Shown: positions 33,883 through 43,059, counted from the first letter of the whole stretch. The stretch is DNA of 63,736 bases, filler included, from an uncultured Methanosarcinales archaeon (GCA_964645415.1; 4 parts of 4 records of this genome joined end to end with filler, not necessarily neighbours in it); one strand, 5' to 3'. Notes: a model not told the origin generated them from the letters alone. Program-made: numbers and translations.

Positions 33883-34980
33883 ATGAATTTTTTTTTTAAA
33901 TATCTTAATAGGATAACGAAAGGATTTATTTTCATTTATTTGTTTTTCTTTATAGTTTTTAGTTTAATTTCAAATAGTTTTATTCCTTTTATTTCTTTTA
34001 TCTTAATTTTATGTGTTTTACTTTATCATTTCTTCTTGAAGGGTTTTTTAAGAAAAGAACAAGGTGGTGAAATTACTTTAAAAGATAAATTAATTCTTTT
34101 TGGTTCTATTCTTATAATTGGTTTTATATCAATTAGTTTTAATACTATTTTTGGTATTTTTTTTCTAGTTTTATTTTTTATTGAGTCTTATTTTATTTTT
34201 AATGACATTAGATTAAATTATGTAAAGAAAATAAACTATGTTGAAAGATTTTTTAATTTATTTTTAATGTCTTTAATTTCTTTTAATTTATCTTATTTAT
34301 TTTTAAATCTAATTTATTACTTCTTGAGTGATTTTAGATTATCTATTTTTGAAATGATTTTATTTTATGGATTTCCATTTATAATTATTAGTTTTTTCAT
34401 TAGACAGTTTTTTATCCATTTATTTCACACTTACAAAAAAAGATCATTTTCTTTTTCAGATGTATTAACTATTTTTAGTTCTTCTTTTAAGAAATCATTT
34501 ATCTTATTATTAATTGTTTTATTAGTCTATTTAATTGTCTCATCAGTTATTTATTTTGTTTTCGTTAACCGTTATAACTCAATAATTGATGACTCATTAA
34601 TTAATGATGAGATTGAATATCAAGAGGCTTATCAAACTATAAGAAGTGATTACATATTTAATATTCCTATTTATTATGGTGATCAAGAAACTGAAGATTT
34701 AGAATGTAAGTCAGAATTAGATTTTAAGATTAGAAATGTTTTTGATGATTCTTATTTATATGATATTTTCTGTGCTTATGGACGTATTAGTTATTTATTA
34801 GTTACTGATGATGAAGAGATTCAGATAAAAATAGATCATTCTGATGGTCTTATTACTGAAGAGAGAGATATTTATGTTAGAACATTAGATAATTTAAGAA
34901 GTAATTCAAAAATTTATTACTTAATTAATTCTTATTTGAACTTTTTTGAATCATTTGAGGTTGTTTTAGATGAAATATAA
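33883..34980 (+). CDS. Hypothetical multi-pass membrane protein
   Basis: About 7 Phe/Ile/Leu-rich TMs plus an acidic C-terminal domain; overlaps gatE. Confidence 0.65.
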   Translation: MNFFFKYLNRITKGFIFIYLFFFIVFSLISNSFIPFISFILILCVLLYHFFLKGFLRKEQGGEITLKDKLILFGSILIIGFISISFNTIFGIFFLVLFFIESYFIFNDIRLNYVKKINYVERFFNLFLMSLISFNLSYLFLNLIYYFLSDFRLSIFEMILFYGFPFIIISFFIRQFFIHLFHTYKKRSFSFSDVLTIFSSSFKKSFILLLIVLLVYLIVSSVIYFVFVNRYNSIIDDSLINDEIEYQEAYQTIRSDYIFNIPIYYGDQETEDLECKSELDFKIRNVFDDSYLYDIFCAYGRISYLLVTDDEEIQIKIDHSDGLITEERDIYVRTLDNLRSNSKIYYLINSYLNFFESFEVVLDEI

Positions 34981-36829
34981 TAAAGATAATTTAGATTATG
35001 ATGAATTAGGCTTAAAAGTAGGACTTGAAATACATCAACAATTAAATACTTCAAAATTGTTCTGTTCTTGTTCGTCCGATTTTGATGAGGAAGATAATGA
35101 TTTTGATAGAAAAGTAATAAGGCGGTTAAATGTTGTCGAAGGTGAACTTGGTGATGTTGATAAAGCTGCGAAATTTGAAAAATCTAAAAAGAAAAGAAAT
35201 GTTTATCACTTTTATCATGAAAATTGTTGTTTGGTTGAACTTGATGAGGAACCACCACATAAACCTTCAAAAACAGCTCTAAATGTTTCATTTGGTGTTT
35301 CAAAAGCCTTAAATGTCGATATATTTGATGAAATACAAGTGATGAGAAAAATAGTTCTTGATGGGTCTAATACTTCAGGATTTCAAAGGACAATGCTTAT
35401 TGGGAAAGATGGCTGGTTTGAAATTAATTTAGATGATGTTAAAAAAGTTATTGAAATAGAATCTATCTGTTTAGAAGAAGATTCTTCTAAGATTGTTGAA
35501 AAATCAAAACTAGAATCAGTTTATGATTTAAGAAGATTAGGTATTCCTTTAATTGAAATCGCAACAGCACCAACAATAAACCACCCTGATGAAGCAAAAT
35601 TAGCTGCTGAAAAATTAGGTTTAATATTGAGAAGTTTTAATGTTAAAAGAGGTCTTGGTTCAATTAGACAGGATTTAAATGTTTCAATTGAAAATGGTAA
35701 CAGGGTCGAAATTAAAGGTGCTCAAGATCTTAAAAACTTAAATAAATATGTTGAAAATGAAGTTTTGAGACAAAAAAGGTTAAAAGATTTATCTATTAAT
35801 TTAAATGATAATATTAATAAAGAAAATTTAGAAAAATCTATTGAAGTATTTGATGTTAAAGATATATTTTCTAATACTTCAAGTAAAATTTTAAAATCAA
35901 TTATTGATAAAAAAGGAATAATTAAAGCTTTAAAAATACCTAACTTCAATGGCATATTAGGAAAAAAACTATGTGAAAACAGAAGAGTAGGTACTGAAAT
36001 CTCTGATTATGCAAAACAGTCTGGTATAAATGGGCTTTTTCATAGTGATGAAAAGTTAAAAAAATATGGTATTTCAAAAGAAGAGATTGAGGTTCTTGAA
36101 TCGAGACTTAAGATTTCTAAAGATGATGCTTATATAATTGTTGCAGAGAAAAAAGAGATAATTAAAAAAGCAATTCCTTTAATTAAAGAAAGAATTTTAA
36201 TGTTATTTGATGGTGTTATTAGTGAGGTTAGAAAAGCAAATCAAGATTTTTCTAATGAATTTTTAAGACCTATGCCAGGTAATGCAAGAATGTATCCTGA
36301 AACAGATATTCTTCCAATTAAACCTTATGATGTCAATTTACCTAAGTTATTACCTGAAAGAATTGATGAGTATATTAAAATGGGTTTAAGTGAGGAACAA
36401 GCAAAAAATGTTGCTAAACTTGCTCCAAATCTCTTTGAATCTTTAATTCAATTAGCAAAGCCTACTTTTGTTTTTGAAAAATTAATCTCGGTTTCTCAAG
36501 ATTTTGATTTAGATAATAAGTTAATTCAAGAGAACTTGAAAGATGTTTTTATGTTATTTAAAAAGAAAAAAATAACTAAATCTGCAATTGATAAAATCAT
36601 TTCTTTTATTGATAGTAAAGATATTATAAATGAGATTGAAAATGAGGACTTATTGATGCTTAGTGGAGATAATCTTGAAAAGAAAGTTAAAAAGTTAGTG
36701 AAAACATTTAGAGATCAGATGGGTAAAGATAAAGATAATGCTATTTTTGGAAGAGTTATGAGTAAAGCTAAGTTTTTTGGAAACCCTCAAGAAGTAATAA
36801 AAATATTAAATGAAGTATTAGATAGGTGA
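34970..36829 (+). CDS. gatE: Glutamyl-tRNA(Gln) amidotransferase subunit E
   Basis: GLEIHQQL, KLFC, DEEPPH, DGSNTSGFQRT, RLGIPLIEI, RQDLNVSI, RMYPETD. Confidence 0.96.
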   Translation: MKYNKDNLDYDELGLKVGLEIHQQLNTSKLFCSCSSDFDEEDNDFDRKVIRRLNVVEGELGDVDKAAKFEKSKKKRNVYHFYHENCCLVELDEEPPHKPSKTALNVSFGVSKALNVDIFDEIQVMRKIVLDGSNTSGFQRTMLIGKDGWFEINLDDVKKVIEIESICLEEDSSKIVEKSKLESVYDLRRLGIPLIEIATAPTINHPDEAKLAAEKLGLILRSFNVKRGLGSIRQDLNVSIENGNRVEIKGAQDLKNLNKYVENEVLRQKRLKDLSINLNDNINKENLEKSIEVFDVKDIFSNTSSKILKSIIDKKGIIKALKIPNFNGILGKKLCENRRVGTEISDYAKQSGINGLFHSDEKLKKYGISKEEIEVLESRLKISKDDAYIIVAEKKEIIKKAIPLIKERILMLFDGVISEVRKANQDFSNEFLRPMPGNARMYPETDILPIKPYDVNLPKLLPERIDEYIKMGLSEEQAKNVAKLAPNLFESLIQLAKPTFVFEKLISVSQDFDLDNKLIQENLKDVFMLFKKKKITKSAIDKIISFIDSKDIINEIENEDLLMLSGDNLEKKVKKLVKTFRDQMGKDKDNAIFGRVMSKAKFFGNPQEVIKILNEVLDR

Positions 36830-36837
36830 TTTCCCTC

Positions 36838-36997
36838 AACCTTTATCAAAGTTTTTAATCTATGATTAAACACCCTTAAAAGTTTGTAATTTTATATTAC
36901 ACACTTCTAAACTTTAGTTTAGTAATCTTTGATTTTATATGCTTGAGCAGGATGGTACCATTCTAAAGAATGGCACGTTAGTTTCTATAATATTCTA
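36838..36997 (-). repeat. Dispersed palindromic intergenic repeat, module A plus hairpin tail (truncated by gap)
   Basis: Reverse complement TAGAATATTATAGAAACTAACGTGCCATTCTTTAGAATGGTACCATCCT... is nearly identical to 54500-54570; its tail matches 54726-54776. Confidence 0.85.
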
Positions 36998-37097
36998 NNN
37001 NNNNNNNNNNNNNNNNNNNNNNNNNNNNNNNNNNNNNNNNNTTAATTAATTAANNNNNNNNNNNNNNNNNNNNNNNNNNNNNNNNNNNNNNNNNNNN
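36998..37097. other. Assembly linker gap
   Basis: N-run with central TTAATTAATTAA. Confidence 0.95.
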
Positions 37098-37212
37098 GCG
37101 AAGCTTTTTGAACTTAGAAAAGACCTATTTTCGTAAGTTACAAAAAGCGAAGTCTTTTGAACTTAGAAAAGACCTATTTTCGTAAGTTACAAAAAGCGAA
37201 GTCTTTTGAACC
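37098..37212 (+). repeat. 49-bp tandem repeat, about 2.3 copies
   Basis: GCGAAGTCTTTTGAACTTAGAAAAGACCTATTTTCGTAAGTTACAAAAA (first copy slightly variant) starting at 37098 and 37147, partial copy at 37196. Confidence 0.9.
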
Positions 37213-37276
37213 TAAAAAAGTGAAGAAGATAAAGTGCTAAAGAGTATAGAAAATAAAAACCTAAAGAGAAAATCTA

Positions 37277-37583
37277 TCAAAATCATCCAAATAAAAAAAT
37301 AGGATATTATAAAATCAAAAACAAAATTAAATAGAATACTATAGGAACCACTGTGCTATACGAAGTATAGTACCATCCTTGCCAGCTTTGATAAAAGCTG
37401 AGAACAAATCATCCAAAAACAAAAAAGAAGAAGTTTATAAAAACAAAAATAAAACTGAATAGAATAATATAGAAAATAACGTGCTATACGAAGTATAGTA
37501 CTATCCTTACCAATTTCTATTAAATCTTTGATTTAAAGATTCTAAAAACTTTGTTTTTAGTAATTGATAAAAATTGTGTGATA
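37277..37583 (+). repeat. Two tandem copies of repeat module A plus hairpin tail
   Basis: CAAA(A)TCATCCAAA...ATAGAATA.TATAG...GTGCTATAC-GAA-GTATAGTAC-(C/T)ATCCTT; hairpins at 37353-37373 and 37481-37501. Confidence 0.85.
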
Positions 37584-37626
37584 TAAGAACAAAAGATATA
37601 TAATATAATTTAAATTTTGAAAATAT

Positions 37627-39348
37627 ATGATCTTATATGCAAAAGTAAAAAAGTCTGATGTAAAAAAATTAATACAGTATATAAAAGAAGAAAATATTTG
37701 GATAAAAAATGAAAAAGTAATTTCAGAAGGAGATTATAAATTATTCCCGGTTAAAGAAAAATTTGAATTAAAAGGAATAAAGTTTGAAAAAAGAGAGAAA
37801 GAAAAAGATCCAAGTCTTAATTTGCCATCTTTTGATACAATTGGAGAGATAGCAATTGTTGAAGATAGAGATGAAATAAATCTAGAAGAAGTTTCAAAAA
37901 ACATTATGAAAGTAAATAAAAATATAAAAAGAGTTTATAAAAAAGATGGTATTCATGATACTGAATTTAGAATACAACCTATTGAATTTGTTAAAGGAGA
38001 TAAAGACAATACAGTAACAGAATATAAAGAGAATAAAACAAAAATTAAATTAGATGTGAAAAAAACATATTTCTCTCCAAGGCTTGCAACAGAAAGAAGA
38101 AAAATCTGTGAAACAATTAAAGAAGGAGAAAAAGTACTAGTCCAATTTAGTGGAGTAGGACCATATGTACAAGAAATCGCAAAAAACACTAAGGCAAAGT
38201 TTGTTTACGGAATTGAGTTAAATCCAAATGCACACAAATATAGCTATGAAAATAAGTTTTTAAATAAAAATATGAATACACTTCCAATTTTTGGAGATGT
38301 AAGAAAAGTAATGAAAAATATAAAGAAACATATGTTTGGTTTAAAAAGTTCAATTGATAAAGACCAAATTAATAAAAGAATAGACAAAGATTATTCAATT
38401 CATGAACTTCATTTAGTTTATGATGACCTTTTCAAACAAAATGAAGATATTGAAAAGAGAGGAGAAAAATTCAAGAAAACACACAATATCAAAAATCTAA
38501 AAAAGACTATTGATTTATTAAAAGAAAAAAAGAAAAACGTCTTCTTACATATGCCAATCAGAAAAGATAATGAATTAATTAATGAAAGAAAAGATTATAT
38601 CAAAATATTAAGTAAATTAGGTAAATTAGCAAAAGAAAAATCAGTAGGTGTTATCGTTCATATACATAAAAATGAAGATATTGAGTTTATTTTAGATCGT
38701 TTTGAAAGATATAAAGAATACTTTTACTATGAAACTTTAATGATAGCAATGAATAAATCAGAACTGTTTTTAAAATATAAAAATAAGATAAATAATGTTT
38801 GTATAGATTTATCTCATATTGGATTAAATGAAAAAAATAATGAAAGTCTAAAAAAAGAGATAAAAAAATTATACAAGAATTTTAACATCTATTACCATTT
38901 AAATAACACTGAATTTAATGATAAATCAAAAGAAGGAAGTCTTTTAAAGAAAGGAGAAATGGATATTAAATTAATTCAAGATTATTTAACACATGGTATT
39001 GTAGAAGTTAGAAACAAAGATGAGAATAATCCAAAAGAGATGATAACATCACACAATAACTTAAATGATGTTTTTGAAAAAAATAGAATATTTGATAGAA
39101 TAGTAATGCCTCTTCCAAAAGATGCAAATACATTCTTAGATCATACAATACCATATGTAAAAAAAGGAGGAATCATACACCTTTATGATTTTTTAGAAGA
39201 AGAAAATATTCCTAATGAAACAATAAAGAAATTTGATGAGTATGCTAAAAAATACAAAAAAGATTATAAATGTCTTCAAGTTAGAAAAACAGGGCAATAT
39301 GCACCAGGGAAATTCAGAGTTTGTGGTGATTTTAAAGTAATTAATTAA
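37627..39348 (+). CDS. trm5: Trm5-family tRNA (guanine-37) methyltransferase with an inserted TIM-barrel-like domain
   Basis: SFDTIGEIAI, YFSPRLATER, FSGVGPY, ELNPNA, GDVR, then a ~255-aa insert, then FDRIVMPLPK, GGIIHLY, YAPG..RVCGDF. Confidence 0.85.
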   Translation: MILYAKVKKSDVKKLIQYIKEENIWIKNEKVISEGDYKLFPVKEKFELKGIKFEKREKEKDPSLNLPSFDTIGEIAIVEDRDEINLEEVSKNIMKVNKNIKRVYKKDGIHDTEFRIQPIEFVKGDKDNTVTEYKENKTKIKLDVKKTYFSPRLATERRKICETIKEGEKVLVQFSGVGPYVQEIAKNTKAKFVYGIELNPNAHKYSYENKFLNKNMNTLPIFGDVRKVMKNIKKHMFGLKSSIDKDQINKRIDKDYSIHELHLVYDDLFKQNEDIEKRGEKFKKTHNIKNLKKTIDLLKEKKKNVFLHMPIRKDNELINERKDYIKILSKLGKLAKEKSVGVIVHIHKNEDIEFILDRFERYKEYFYYETLMIAMNKSELFLKYKNKINNVCIDLSHIGLNEKNNESLKKEIKKLYKNFNIYYHLNNTEFNDKSKEGSLLKKGEMDIKLIQDYLTHGIVEVRNKDENNPKEMITSHNNLNDVFEKNRIFDRIVMPLPKDANTFLDHTIPYVKKGGIIHLYDFLEEENIPNETIKKFDEYAKKYKKDYKCLQVRKTGQYAPGKFRVCGDFKVIN

Positions 39349-39364
39349 TAATTAAGAGATAAAA

Positions 39365-39841
39365 ATGAATATTAAAGAGATTGATAGTGAAGTAAAGAAA
39401 TTTACTAACTATACATTAAAGGAATCAATAAAAAAATACCATCAAGATAAAGTACTTGGTGTAAAGGAGAGTATTTTAGAAAAAATTTCAAAAAAAGTTA
39501 TAAAAAATTGGAAAGAACTTCCAAAAGAGAGATTAATAAAATTCTATCAAAGACTTGAAAGAAAAAAAGAATATGAATTTAGAGTTTTAAGATTATTAAT
39601 ACTAAAAGACATGTATGAATTTTCAAAGAATAAAGAAAATAGTTGGATGGGTTGCTTTATAACAGGAAAAATTGACTTATTAAAAAGAAAAAATCACTCA
39701 TCAACAGAATATGAAATAAAACTTTTTAGAAAACTAAAAAAACTTTCAAATCTTTGTAAAAATGATAAAGAAAAAGTAGAAAAAATAAAAGTAAAAACAG
39801 AAAAGAAAACTAAAAAGGAAGAATCGAAAACTGAAAATTAA
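39365..39841 (+). CDS. Hypothetical basic protein
   Basis: 158-aa Lys-rich ORF; no recognised motif. Confidence 0.6.
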   Translation: MNIKEIDSEVKKFTNYTLKESIKKYHQDKVLGVKESILEKISKKVIKNWKELPKERLIKFYQRLERKKEYEFRVLRLLILKDMYEFSKNKENSWMGCFITGKIDLLKRKNHSSTEYEIKLFRKLKKLSNLCKNDKEKVEKIKVKTEKKTKKEESKTEN

Positions 39842-39884
39842 AACTTGTTTAAAAATCACAATTAATTAAATATTAAAGAAAAAG

Positions 39885-39960
39885 GGTGATGGGCGGGATT
39901 TGAACCCGCGACCACAGGATCCACAGTCCCGCATGCTGACCAGACTACACTACCACCACC
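39885..39960 (-). tRNA. tRNA-His(GTG), including encoded G-1
   Basis: G-GTGGTGG/CCATCAC-C acceptor stem, anticodon arm CGGGA-CTGTGGA-TCCTG, T arm GCGGG-TTCAAAT-CCCGC. Confidence 0.93.
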
Positions 39961-40061
39961 TTCTCAATCAAAATAGAGAAAACATCTTATTTTATAAGTT
40001 TTTCTCTTTTTTATTTAAATTAAAAGATAACATTAATAAATTTGAAATACTTTATGATAAT

Positions 40062-41156
40062 ATGCCAACTAATGTTACTGAGGAGTACAATGTAGCAAAG
40101 AGAAAATATGAAAGAGCATCTACCCCTCAAGAGAAACTTGCAGCTTTAGAATTAATGTATGCAGAAGTTCCTAAACATAAAGGGACTGAAAAATTAAGAT
40201 CACACATTAAAAAAAAGATTTCTAAGACAAAAGATGAAGTTGAAAAACAAGAAAAAAATCAACAATCTTCATATAGTCTTGCTGTAAAGAAAAAAGGGGC
40301 TGCCCAAGTCGTTATTTTAGGAACTCCAAACTCAGGAAAATCTACTTTTCTAAAAAAGATGACAAATAAAGATGTTGATGTCGCAAGTTATCCATTTACA
40401 ACAAAAGAACCTGTTGTTGGAATGGCTTATTATGAAGATGCACAAATACAATTAGTAGAGATTCCACCTGTAATTGAGGACTTTTATAGTAAATCAGAAG
40501 GAGCTCAATTGATGAATATTGTTAGAAACTCTGACTTGATTTTATTAATGTGTAATGGTACAGAGGATATAGTTTTAAAAGAAATAAGAAATAGTCTTAT
40601 TAAAGTAAATAAAAAGAAAAAGAAAATTAATTATAAAAAAGGAGCAGGAGATATAAAGATTATTGGTGAAGAGAAAGTAAAAGATGCTGACCATCATGAT
40701 ATAGTACAGTTATTAAAAGAGAATAATTTCAAAGGAGGACATGTTACAATATATGAAGATGTTACTATTGATGATATAACAGACACAATAAACCCAGCAG
40801 TAATATACAAGCCTCTAATATATGTTGTAAATAATGGACTCTATAAAGGATATGATATAGATAAAGAACCAAAATTAAAAATAAGTGATACAAAAGAAAA
40901 CATTGTTAAAACGATTTGGGAAAAATTAGATGCAATAAGAGTATATACTAAAATTAAAGGAGAAGAAGCAAGTGATGAACCAATAATATTAGAAAAAGAT
41001 TCAAATATTGAAGATTTAGCAATGAAAATACATAAAGACTTCATAAAAAAGTTTAGATTTGCAAGAGTTTGGGGTAGTTCAAAATTCCCCGGACAAAAAG
41101 TGGGAAAGGATTACTCTTTAGAAGATAAAGACACAGTTGAAATACATTTAAAATGA
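40062..41156 (+). CDS. DRG/RBG-family GTPase with TGS domain
   Basis: MPTN start, PKHKGTEKL, GTPNSGKST, YPFTT, C-terminal ARVWG..GQKVG..DTVEIH; the track start lies inside tRNA-His, so start moved to ATG 40062. Confidence 0.9.
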   Translation: MPTNVTEEYNVAKRKYERASTPQEKLAALELMYAEVPKHKGTEKLRSHIKKKISKTKDEVEKQEKNQQSSYSLAVKKKGAAQVVILGTPNSGKSTFLKKMTNKDVDVASYPFTTKEPVVGMAYYEDAQIQLVEIPPVIEDFYSKSEGAQLMNIVRNSDLILLMCNGTEDIVLKEIRNSLIKVNKKKKKINYKKGAGDIKIIGEEKVKDADHHDIVQLLKENNFKGGHVTIYEDVTIDDITDTINPAVIYKPLIYVVNNGLYKGYDIDKEPKLKISDTKENIVKTIWEKLDAIRVYTKIKGEEASDEPIILEKDSNIEDLAMKIHKDFIKKFRFARVWGSSKFPGQKVGKDYSLEDKDTVEIHLK

Positions 41157-41839
41157 AGTTAGCTGCAATGGTTTCAGGAGGGAAAGATTCTTTATATTCA
41201 CTTTATTATTACTATATTAAAGGACATAATGTTAATTCTATAATTAAAGTAGAATCAAAAAACAAATACTCTTGGATGTTTCATTCTGCAAAAATTAATT
41301 TTGTTGACCTACAAGCAAAATTAATGAATATCCCACTACATAAGATTGAAACTGAAGGAAAAAAAGAAGAGGAATTAAAAGATTTAAAAGAAGGAATAAA
41401 AGAAGTAAAAGAAATTTATAATATTGAAGGGATAATAGTAGGAGCAATAGATTCTGATTATCAAAGAATGAGAATTGCAAGAATCTGTGAAGATTTAAAT
41501 TTAAAAGTATTTACTCCATTATGGAGAAAAGATTATCAAAAATATAATAAGATCCTAATTGATTCTGGATTTGAATACACTTTATCAAAGATTATGTGTG
41601 ATGGAATAAGTACAAATTGGATAGGTAAAACAATTAATAAAAATAATTATAAAAAATTAGAAGAAGAATCAATAAAAAATAAAGTTAATGTTGTATTTGA
41701 AGGTGGAGAAGCAGAAACATTAGTACTAAACATGCCTTTATTTAACAAAAAAATAGAGATTACAGATTTTGATGTAAAGAAGGTAGATGATTATGATTGG
41801 AATCTTGAAATTAATGAATATGAGTTGGTTAAAAAATGA
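41153..41839 (+). CDS. dph6: Diphthine--ammonia ligase (Dph6 / ATP-binding PP-loop)
   Basis: SGGKDS, SWMFH, GAIDSDYQ, PLW, EGGEAETLV. Confidence 0.88.
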   Translation: MKLAAMVSGGKDSLYSLYYYYIKGHNVNSIIKVESKNKYSWMFHSAKINFVDLQAKLMNIPLHKIETEGKKEEELKDLKEGIKEVKEIYNIEGIIVGAIDSDYQRMRIARICEDLNLKVFTPLWRKDYQKYNKILIDSGFEYTLSKIMCDGISTNWIGKTINKNNYKKLEEESIKNKVNVVFEGGEAETLVLNMPLFNKKIEITDFDVKKVDDYDWNLEINEYELVKK

Positions 41840-43059
41840 AATTATTAAAAAATTGTAAGTATGTTTATGATGGAAACAAAGTTTTAGAAGATAAAAATAT
41901 AATAATAAAAGAAGATAAAATTAAAGATGTTAAAGATCAAATACCATCATCAATTAAATTTGATCAAATTATTGACTGCCAAAATCATGCTATCTTTCCC
42001 TCATTATTCAACTCACATAATCATTCTGCTATGATTTTTTTAAGGAGTTATAAAGATGATTTAAGTTTTCATAATTGGTTAAAAAATATGTTAAACGTTG
42101 AAGAAAATATTAGTGAAAAATTAATTTATGAAAGTTCAATCATAGCAATATATGAAATGATAAAAACAGGAACAGCAGGTTTTTTTGATATGTATTATTT
42201 TCCTAAAGAAACAAAAAAAGCTTGTGAAGATATAGGTATATTTAGTATATTATCTTCAAAAGAAGAATTTAATGAATCAAATTTTGTAAAACAAGCAAGA
42301 TTATTACATTCAATTTATAGTGAAGATGAAGAGACTTTAAAAAAACAAGCTAAGATATCAAAAGAAAAAAATCAATTAATAAACATACATATTTCTGAAA
42401 CAAGAAAAGAGATTAATGATTGTTATAAAAAACACAATATGTATCCCGTAGAATACCTAAATAAGATTAATTTATTATCAGATAGATTAGTAGGTTCTCA
42501 TGTTAGTTGGGTAACTAAAAAAGAAATCAAAATGCTAAAGAAAAATAAATGTAAAGTTGTAACATGTCCTACTTCAAATATGAAATTATCAACTGGAGGA
42601 ACACTCCAATATAAAGAGTTCAAAAAACACGAAATCCCTATTTTACTTGGAACAGATAGTGTTGCAAGTAATAACAACCTAAATTTAATTGAAGAAGCAA
42701 AAATCTTTTCATTAATTCAAAAGCATAGTTACTGGGATTCAAGTATTATTAATTCAAAAGAATCAATGAATACTGCAATAAATGGATGGAATTTGATTAA
42801 AAGATATGGAGTTAAGTCAGGAAAAATAAAAAAAGGTTATAAAGCAAATTTATTTGGAGTTAGTCTTAAAGAAACAGAAATGATTCCAAGTTTTAAAGAT
42901 AATGTTATTTCAAATCTAATTTATGGTACACCAAATATTGATTTCCATTACATTAATGGTATTAAAAAATATGACTCAAATATGAAAAATGGTATTGAAA
43001 AAAGAGTTAAAAAAGCAAAGAAAGTGATTTCTGAGTTTGCAAAAAAAGAAATGATATAA
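41836..43059 (+). CDS. Amidohydrolase (MTA/SAH deaminase-like)
   Basis: NSHNH metal motif, HISET, CPTSNMKL, LGTDSVASNNNL. Confidence 0.85.
   Translation: MKLLKNCKYVYDGNKVLEDKNIIIKEDKIKDVKDQIPSSIKFDQIIDCQNHAIFPSLFNSHNHSAMIFLRSYKDDLSFHNWLKNMLNVEENISEKLIYESSIIAIYEMIKTGTAGFFDMYYFPKETKKACEDIGIFSILSSKEEFNESNFVKQARLLHSIYSEDEETLKKQAKISKEKNQLINIHISETRKEINDCYKKHNMYPVEYLNKINLLSDRLVGSHVSWVTKKEIKMLKKNKCKVVTCPTSNMKLSTGGTLQYKEFKKHEIPILLGTDSVASNNNLNLIEEAKIFSLIQKHSYWDSSIINSKESMNTAINGWNLIKRYGVKSGKIKKGYKANLFGVSLKETEMIPSFKDNVISNLIYGTPNIDFHYINGIKKYDSNMKNGIEKRVKKAKKVISEFAKKEMI

Noticed and set aside
37353..37369. GTGCTATACGAAGTAT resembles half of a loxP site
   Set aside because: The second loxP arm is absent, other family copies change this sequence while keeping the hairpin, and no recombinase lies nearby.
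37098..37520. Possible CRISPR array
   Set aside because: The 49-bp units have no spacers, the ~128-bp units are homologous along their whole length, and no cas genes are present.
38320..39090. Trm5 insertion as an intein
   Set aside because: No Cys/Ser-initiated block A; the only late HN is followed by Asn rather than Cys/Ser/Thr; no LAGLIDADG motifs.
39885..39960. Genomically encoded G-1 in tRNA-His
   Set aside because: Common in prokaryotes.
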